Shown: positions 52,101 to 61,100 of the stretch, piece after piece
Numbering within the stretch: position 1 is the first letter of the stretch
How the letters are laid out: every line of letters starts with the position of its first letter
Source of the DNA: Alphaproteobacteria bacterium
Lineage (GTDB): Bacteria; Pseudomonadota; Alphaproteobacteria; SP197
DNA: 64,000 nucleotides
NCBI GenBank assembly: GCA_965213815.1
Contig: OZ243917.1
Span: 2,345,747 to 2,409,746 of the forward strand
Direction: 5' to 3'
Program-made: the position numbers and the translations under genes
Notes under the pieces: generated by a model
Databases searched by the model: none
The model's input: the letters and a program-made list of their open reading frames with translations, nothing else
What the model was told of the DNA's origin: nothing

Positions 52101-55100
52101 CCGATATCGCCGTGCCGCCGCCCACGCTCACCGTCACGGTCTTGGCGTCCGCGTAGCGCGTGGTGCCGTTTACGGTGGCCGTCACGGTGATTTCGGTCTC
52201 GCTGTCCTCCTCGCCTACCGCAGTGGGCGACACCGAAAGCGTGATGCCGGAGGGCGCGGCGTCGTCGTCGGTGATGGTCAGGGTCTGACTGGCCGGGTTG
52301 GCGACGTCCCTGCCGCTGGCGGTGGCCGAGACCGTCACCGTCTTGTTCGGGGCGTCCACGTCATTGTCCACCGCCGTGATCGTCACCGCGCCGGTACTGG
52401 CCTTCGAGCCCGCCGCGATGGTCAGGGTGGTGTTGCCACTCAACGTGACCGGGGCATCGTTCGGCACCGAGACCGTCACCGTCACCGCGGCGCTGGACTC
52501 GCCCGACAGCATTGCCGTCACCGTGCTGGCGTTGTCATCCCCGCTCTCGTCGATGGTGGTTGGCGTCAACACCAGCGTCACCGTGGGCGTGCCCTCGTCG
52601 TCCGTGATAGTGAGGGTCTGGTCGGCCGGGTTAGCAACGCCGCCGCCGCTGGCGGTGGCCGAAACCGTCACGCTCTTGTTCGGCGCGTCCACGTCATTGT
52701 CCACCGCCGTGATCGTCACCGCGCCGGCGCTGGTGGTCGCACCCGCCGCGATGGTCAGAGTCGTGGTGGCGCTCAACGTGAAATCGGCCGCAGCGGTGTT
52801 GGCGCCTGCCGCCGTTGCCACCGTCAGGGTCACCGCCGCGTTGGACTTGCCCGACAGCGTCGCCTTCACCGTGCTCGAGTTCGTCGCGCCGCTCTCGCTG
52901 ATAGAGGCTGGCGTCAGCACCAGGGTGGCCGTCGGGACGCCCTCGTCGTCGTTGATCGTCAGGGTCTGATTGTCCGGGTTGGCGACGCCTCCGCCGCTGG
53001 CGACGGCGGAAACCGTCACACTCTTGTTCGGCGCGTCAATGTCATTGTCCACCGCAGTGATCGTTACCGTGCCGGCGCTGGTGGTCACACCCGCCGCAAT
53101 CGTCAGGGTCTTGTTGGTGGTCACCGTGAAATCGCTCGCGACCGTGTCCGCGCCCGCCGCCGCGGCCACCGTCAGGGTCACCGCAACGCTCGACTTGCCC
53201 GACAACGTCGCCGTCACTGTGCTGGCGTTGCCATTCCCGCTCTCGTTGATGGCGGTTGGCGTCAGCACCAGGGTGACCGTCGGCGTAGTTTCATCGTCCG
53301 TGAGGGTGATGGCCGTGCCGGTGACGATGATGCCGGTCAGCGTGCCTTCAATGCTGATGCCCTCACTGGGCTCGTCTATGTCGTCGTCGGTAGGCGTGAG
53401 CGTGAAATCCACATAGCCGCTCAAGGAGCCCGCATCGATCGTGATGCTCTTGCTCGTGACCTCCGTGTAGTCCGTGCCCTCCGTCGCGCCGTCGGCGTCC
53501 GGACCCACCTCCACCGTCACCGTCTTGGCCTCGGTGAAGGTCGAGCTGCCGCCCAGCGTGGCCGTCACCCGCACCATCTTCGCACCGCCATCCTCGGCCA
53601 GGGAGGTCTGGGTTCCCATCGTGCCCGTGTCCGCATCCACCGACAGCGTCAGTGCCGTCGGCACCGCGTCGTCGTCGGTGATGGTGCCGGTGGCTTCGGC
53701 ATCGCTGATAATGCCGCCGACCGGCTCGGTCAGCTCCACCAGGAAGGTCTCGTCGCCCTCGTGCAGGGTGTCCTCGGTGGTGGCGACCGTGAAGGTCCGG
53801 CTGCTCGCGCCCTTGGCGAAATCCAGCTTCGTCGCCGTGGTCATCGCGGTGTAGTCGGTGGTAGCCGCCGCGCCCGCCCCGGTGGCCGCCTTGGTGTTCC
53901 ACTTCACCGACACCGCGTTGTCCATGGCACCGCTGCGGGTCACCGTGAAGGTGATCGTATCGCCCTCATCGGCGCTCGCGTCGGCTACGGCAAATGACGG
54001 CTGGCCGTCGTCGTCGGTGAGCGAGATCTCGGCTTTGGTGATTGTGAGCGCGCCCGAGGTGCCGGTGACGTCAATCGTCTCGCTGCCCTCGTGCAGATCG
54101 TCGTCGGTGGGCGTCAGGTCGAACGTGCCGGCCTTGCTCGCATCGCCCGCGGCGATGATGATGTCGAAGTTCGACACGGCGTCGTAGTCCGTGCCCGATA
54201 TCGCCGTGCCGCCACCGACGCTCACCGTCACCGTCTTCGCGTCCACGTAACGCGTGCTGCCATTCACCGTGGCGGTCACCGTGATCTCGGTCTCGCCGGC
54301 CCCCTCGCCCACCGTGGCCGGTGACACCGTCAGCGTGATGCCGCCGGGCGCCGCGTCATCGTCCGTCAGCGTGATCGTGGCGTCCGTCACCGTCACGCCG
54401 GTCAGCGTCCCGTCCAGGCTGATCGTCTCGCTGCCCTCATGCAGCACGTCCTGCATCGGCGTCAGCGTGAAATCGTGTGTGACGCTGGCGACTCCGGCGC
54501 CAATGGTGATGGTCCGGTCGGCGACGGTTGTGTAGTCGGTGCCTTCCACAGCGCTGTCGCCGTCCTTGCCGACGGCCAGCGTGAGGTCCGCGGCCTCTTC
54601 AAGGCGGGTGGTTCCATCGAGAGTCGCAGTAACGCGCACAGTCTTCACACCGCCGTCCTCGGCGAGGGATGTCTGCACGTTGCCGGTGTCCTTGTCGGCA
54701 TCGACAGTGAGTGTGATCGCCGGTGCGGCATCGTCGCTGGTCAGCGTGATACTGGCGCCGGTCACGACAACGCTGGCGAGAGTGACGTCGAAGGAGATCG
54801 TCTCGCTCGCCTCGTTGAAGGCGTCGTCGGTGGGCGTGAGCATGAAGGTGTGCTCAACGTCCTGGTCGCCGGCGGGGATGGTGAGGGTGACGTCGGCGAC
54901 GTTCGTGTAGTCCGTGCCTTCGGTGGCGCTGTCATCGTCGTCGCCGACGATTAGCGTCAAGGTCTTGTCTTCGTCGAACTGGGTCGAGCCGCCGAGCGTG
55001 GCGGTCACCTTGACGGTCTTCGCGCCGCCATTCTCGGCAAGCGAAGACTGGACGTTCTCGGCGTCGTCATCGGCGTCAACCGCGAGCGTGAGTGTTGTCG

Positions 55101-58100
55101 GAGCCGCGTCGTTATCGGTGAGCGAGAGGGAAACGTTGATGACAGTAACGCCGTCAAGGGCGCCCTCGAAGCTGATGGTTTCGCTGGTTTCGTGTCGGGT
55201 GTCGTCGATAGGCGTGAGCGTGAACTCCACATAGCCGCTCGACGCCCCAGCATTGATCGTGATGCTCTGTGTGCCCACATTGGTATAGTCCGTCCCCTCC
55301 GTGGCGCTGTCGGCGTCCGCGCCCACTTCCACTGTTACCGTCTTGGCCTCGGTGAAGGTTGAACTACCGCTCAGTGTCGCCGTCACTCGTACCGTCTTGG
55401 CGCCGCCGCCCTCCGCCAGCGAGGTCTGCACACCGTTCGTGTTCGTGTCCGCATCCACCGACAGCGTCAGTGCCGTCGGCGCCCCGTCGTCATCCGTCAG
55501 CGTGATCGTGGCGTCCGTCACCGTCACGCCGGTCAGCGTGCCGTCCAGGCTGATCGTCTCACTCCCCTCGTGCAGCGTGTCCTGCATCGGCGTCAGCGGG
55601 AAGTCCACGTACCCGCTTGAGGAGCCCGCATTGATCGTGATGCTCTGTGTGCCGACATTGGCATAGTCCGTCCCCTCCGTGGCGCTGTCGGCGTCCGCGC
55701 CCACTTCCACTGTTACCGTCTTGGCCTCGGTGAAGGTCGAGTTACCGCCCAGGGTCGCCGTAACCCGCACCGTCTTGACGCCGCCGTCCTCGGCAATGGT
55801 TGTCTGCGTGCCGTCCGTGCTGGTGTCCGCATCCACCGACAGCGTCAGTGCCGTCGGCACCGCGTCGTCGTCGGTGATCGTGCCGGTGGCCTCGGCATCG
55901 CCGATGATGGCGCCGACCGGCTCGGTCAGCTCCACCAGGAAGGTCTCGTTGCCCTCATGCAGCGTGTCCTCGGTGGTGGCGACCGTGAAGGTCTGAGTCT
56001 CCACGCCCTTGGCGAAATCCAGCTTCGTCGCCGTGGTCATCGCGGTGTAGTCGGTGGTAGCCGCCGCGCCCGCCCCGGTGGCCGCCTTGGTGTTCCACTT
56101 CACCGACACCGCGTTGTCCATGGCACCGCTGCGGGTCACCGTGAAGGTGATCGTATCGCCCTCCGACGCGCTGGCGTCGGCCACGGCAAACGAAGGCTCG
56201 GTGTCGTCGTTCTTGATCGTGCCGATGGCCGTGCCCTTGCCCGTCTCAATGCTTACCCCGGTGCCCGGATCGTCCTCCCCAAGCGCCGGCGCGCTCAAGA
56301 CCGCCCGGAACGTCTCGTCCGGCTCGAACAGGTCGTCCTGCGTCGTCTGCACCTCCACCGTCTGGCTGGTGACGCCCTTGGCAAAGTTCAACGTCTGCGC
56401 CGCGGCGATGGCGGTGTAGTCGTCCGTGCCGGCGGCTTTGACGCCGTCACCACTATCCGCCGCCGTCGCGATCTTCACCTCCGCCACGTTGTCTTCGGCC
56501 CCGGCGCGGCTCACGGTGAAGGTCACCTTGCCGCCCTCGGTGGCCTCCGCATCGGCAATCGAGAAGCTCACCGGGGCGTCGGTGTCGGTGAGGGTCACCA
56601 TCGCGCCGGTGATCGTGATGTCGGTGAGCGTGCCCGTCACGTCGATCGTCTCGTTGGCCTCGTCCAGGTCGTCGTCCACCGGCGTCACGGTGAAGCTGCC
56701 GGTCTGGCTGGCCGCGCCCGCGGCAATGGTGATGTTGAAGCCGCTCACCGCCGCATAGTCGGCGGGTGACGCCGCGGTGTCGTCCGCCACGCTCACCGCC
56801 ACGGTCTTGGCGTCCACGTAGCGCGTGGTGCCGTTCACCGTCGCCGTCACCGTCACCACCGTCGCCCCGGCATCCTCCGCCACCGTGCTCGGCGTGCCCG
56901 AGGTCGAACCGTTCGTGTCCACGGTCAACGTGATGCCGGTGGGAGCCGCATCGTCGTCGTTGATCGTGCCGGTGGCCTCGGCATCGCTGATGATGGCGCC
57001 GACCGGTTCGGTCAGCTCCACCAGGAAGGTCTCGTTGCCCTCATGCAGCGTGTCCTCGGTGGTGGCGACCGTGAAGGTCTGGCTGCCCACGCCCTTGGCG
57101 AAATCCAGCTTCGTCGCCGTGGTCATCGCGGTGTAGTCGGTGGTCGAGGCCGCACCCGCCCCGGTGGCCGCCTTGGTGTTCCACTTCACCGACACCGCGT
57201 TGTCCATGGCGCCGCTGCGGGTCACCGTGAAGGTGATCGCATCGCCCTCCGCCGCGCTGGCGTCCGCCACCGCGAACGAGGGCTGCGCATCGTCGTCGGT
57301 GAGCGTGAGCGAAGTGTCCGTCACCGTCACGCCGGTCAGCGTCCCGTCCAGGCTGATCGTTTCGCTGCCCTCGTACAGGTCGTCGTTGGTGGGCGTGAGC
57401 GTGAAATCATCTGTGACGCTGGCGACCCCGGCGCCGATGGTGATGGTCCGGTCGGCGACGTTGGCGTAGTCGGTGCCTTCCACAGCGCTGTCGCTGTTCT
57501 TGCCGACGGCCAGCGTGAGATCCGCGGCCTCCTCGAGGCGGGTGGTGCCGTCCAGCGTCGCGGTCACCCGCACGGTCTTCACGCCGCCGTCCTCGGCCAG
57601 GGATGTCTGGATGTTGTCGGTGTCCTTGTCGGCGTCAACTGTCAGCGTGATGGCCGGCGCGGCGTCCTCGCTGGTCAGCGTGATGCTGGCGCCGGTGACG
57701 ATGACGCTGGCGAGGGTCGCGTCGAAGGAGATGGTCTCGTTGTCCTCGCGGAAAGCGTCGTCGGTGGGCGTGAGGGTGAAGATGTGCTCAACGTCCTGGT
57801 CGCCGGCGGGGATGGTGAGGGTGACGTCGGCGACGTTCGTGTAGTCCGTGCCTTCGTTGGCGCTGTCATCGTCGTCGCCGACGATCAGCGTCAAGGTCTT
57901 GTCAACGTCGAACTGGGTCGAGCCGCCGAGCGTGACGGTTACCTTGACGGTCTTCGCGCCGCCGTTCTCGGCGAGCGAGGACTGGACGTTCTCAGCGTTG
58001 TTATCGGCATCGACGGCGAGCGTGAGGGTGGTCGGGGCCGCGTCGTCGTTGGTGATGGTGCCGGTGGCCTCGGCATCGGCAATCGTGGCACCGACCGGCT

Positions 58101-61100
58101 CGGTCAGCTCTATCAGGAAGGTCTCATCGGCCTCGTTCAGCGTGTCCTCGGTGGTGGCGACCGTAAACGTCTGAGTGCCCACGCCCTTGGCGAAATCCAG
58201 CTTCGTCGCCGTGGTCATCTCGGTGTAGTCGCTGGTCGAAGCCGCGCCCGCCCCGCTCGCCGCCTTGGTGTTCCACTTCACCGACACCGCGTTGTCCATC
58301 GCCCCGCTGCGAGTCACCGTGAAGGTGATCGCATCGCCCTCCGACGCGCTCGCATCGGCCACCGCAAACGACGGTTGAGCGTCGTCGTCTTCAAGGGTGA
58401 TCGAAGCCTTGGTGATGGTGAGCGTGCCGGAGACGCCGGTCACGTCAATCGTCTCGCTGCCCTCGTGCAGGTCGTCGTCGGTGGGCGTCAGGTCGAACGT
58501 GCCGGTGTGGCTGGCGGCGCCCGCGGCGATGGTGATGTCGAAGTTGGCCACCGCGTCGTAGTCCGTGTCCGATGTCGCCGTGCCGCCGCCGACGCTCACT
58601 GTCACCGTCTTCGCGTCCACGTAACGCGTCGTGCCGTTCACCGTGGCGGTCACCGTGATCTCGGTCTCGCCGTCCCCCTCCCCGACCGTGGCCGGCGACA
58701 CCGTCAGCGTGATGCCACTCGGCGCGGCGTCATCGTCGGTGATGGTGCCGGTGGCCTGGGCCGTGGCGATCGTGGCGCCAACCGCCCCGGTCAGCTCCAC
58801 CAGGAAGGTCTCGTCGTCCTCGTCCAGCACATCCTCGGTGGTGGCGACCGTGAAGGTCTGGCTGCTTGCGCCCTTGGCGAAGGTCAGCGTCCGCGCCGTC
58901 GTTACCGGCGTGTAGTCGCTGGGAAATGCCGCGTTCGCCTCAGCGCCGGAGTCCGAGCTGGTGTTCCACTTCACCGACACCACGTTGTCCATGGCCCCGC
59001 TGCGGGTCACCGTGAAGGTGATGGCGTCGCCCTCCGACGCGCTGGCGTCCGCCACCGCGAACGACGGCTGGGTGTCGTCGTTCTTGATCGTGCCGATGGC
59101 CGTGCCCTTGCCCGTCTCAATGCTCACCCCGGTGCCCGGGTCCCCGTCGCCCAGCGCCGGGGCGCTCAGCACCGCCCGGAACGTCTCGTCCGGCTCGAAC
59201 AGGTCGTCTTGCGTGGTCTGCACCTCGACCGTCTGGCTGGTGGTCCCGGCGGTAAAGTTCAACGTCTGCGCCGCGGCGATGGCGGTGTAGTCGTCCGCGT
59301 CGGCGGCATTGACGCCGTCGCCCGAGTCCGCCGTAGTCGCAATCTTCACCTCCGCCACGTTGTCCTCAGCCCCGGCGCGGCTCACCGTGAAAGTGACCTT
59401 GCCGCCCTCGGTGGCCTCGGCATCGGCAATCGAGAAACTCACCGGGGCGTCGGTGTCGGTCAGCGTTACCGTCGCGGCGGTGATCGTGATGTCGGTGAGT
59501 GTGCCCGTGACATCGATCGTCTCGTTGGCCTCGTCGAGGTCGTCGTCCACCGGCGTTACAGTGAAACTGCCGGTGTGGCTGGCGGCACCCGCGGCAATCG
59601 TGATGTTGAAGCCGCTCACCGCCGCATAGTCCGCCGGGGAGGCGGCTGTGCCGTCCGCTACGCTCACCGTCACGGTCTTGGCGTCCACGTAGCGCGTGGT
59701 GCCGTTCACCGTGGCCGTGACCGTGACCACCGTGGCCCCGGCGTCCTCGGCCACCGTGCTCGGCGTGCCGTCCTCGGCGCCGTTGGTGTCCACGCTCAGC
59801 GTGATGCCGCTCGGCGCCGCGTCATCGTCCGTGATGGTGATGGTGGCGTCGGTAAACGTGATGTTGGCCTGCGTGCCATGCACGCTGATGGTCTCGTTCG
59901 GCTCGTCGAGCACATCGGAGGTGGGCGTGAGGGTAAAGTCCACGTAACCACTGGCGGCACCCCCGTCAATCGTGATGGTGAGGGTGCCGACCTCGGTGTA
60001 GTCCGTGTCTTCCGTGGCGGAGTCCGCCGACTTGCCTACTTCGAATGTGACCGCCTGGTTGGCCGAAAAGCGCGTGGCGCTGGTGATGGTCGCGGTAACC
60101 CGTACCGTGGTGGCCCCGGCTTCCTCGCCCACACTGGTCGGCGTGCCGTTCCCGCCAGCGTTGGTGTCCACGGTCAGGGTAATGAATTCCGGCGCAGCGT
60201 CATCGTCGTTGATCGTGATTGTGGCCGGGGTGAAGGTAACGCCGGTCAGCTCGCCATCGACGCTTATGGTCTCATTCGTTTCGTCAAGGACGTCCTGTGT
60301 GGGAGCGAGGGAAAAGTCCACATAGGCGCTTGTCGCGCCAGCGGGGATATTGATGTTCTGGTCCGCCACCAGTGCGTAGTCCGTGCCTTCCGCGGCGGAG
60401 TCCCCGTCCTTGCCCACCTTCACCTTGACCGTTTGCTCGGTGGCAAAGCGCGTGGCGCTGGTGATGGTCGCGATGACTCGCACCGTGGTGGCCGCGGCCC
60501 CCTCGGCCAACGTGGTCGGTGTGCCGTCCCCTCCGGCGTTGGTGTCCACCGACAGCGTAATCGCGCTGGGCGCCGCGTCATCATCCGTGATGGTGATGGA
60601 GGAATTGGTGAACGTGACGCCGGTGAGCGTGCCGTCCACGCTGATGGTCTCGCTGCCCTCGAACAGCACGTCGGTGGTGGGCGTGAGCATGAACTCCACG
60701 TAGGCGCTGGCCGCGCCGATGGGAATTTCGATGCTCTGCTGGTCCACCGTGGCGTAGTCCGTGCCTTCCGTGGCGGAGTCTCCGTCCTTGCCCACCGTTA
60801 CCGTGACCGTCTGCGCGGTGGCAAAGCGCGTGGTGCCGTTGATGGTGGCAGTGACCCGCACCGTCTTGACGCCGCCTTCTTCGGCAATGCTGCTCTGCAC
60901 GTTGTTCGTGCCGGTGTCCGCATCCACCGACAGGGTGATCGCGCCGGGCGCGGCGTCGTCGTCCGTGATGGTGATGGCGGTATTGGTGAACGTGACGTCG
61001 GTGAGCGTTCCCTCCACGCTGATGGTTTCGCTTCCCTCGGACAGCACGTCGGTGGTGGGCGTGAGCGGGAAGTCCACGTAGGCGCTGGCCGCGCCGATGG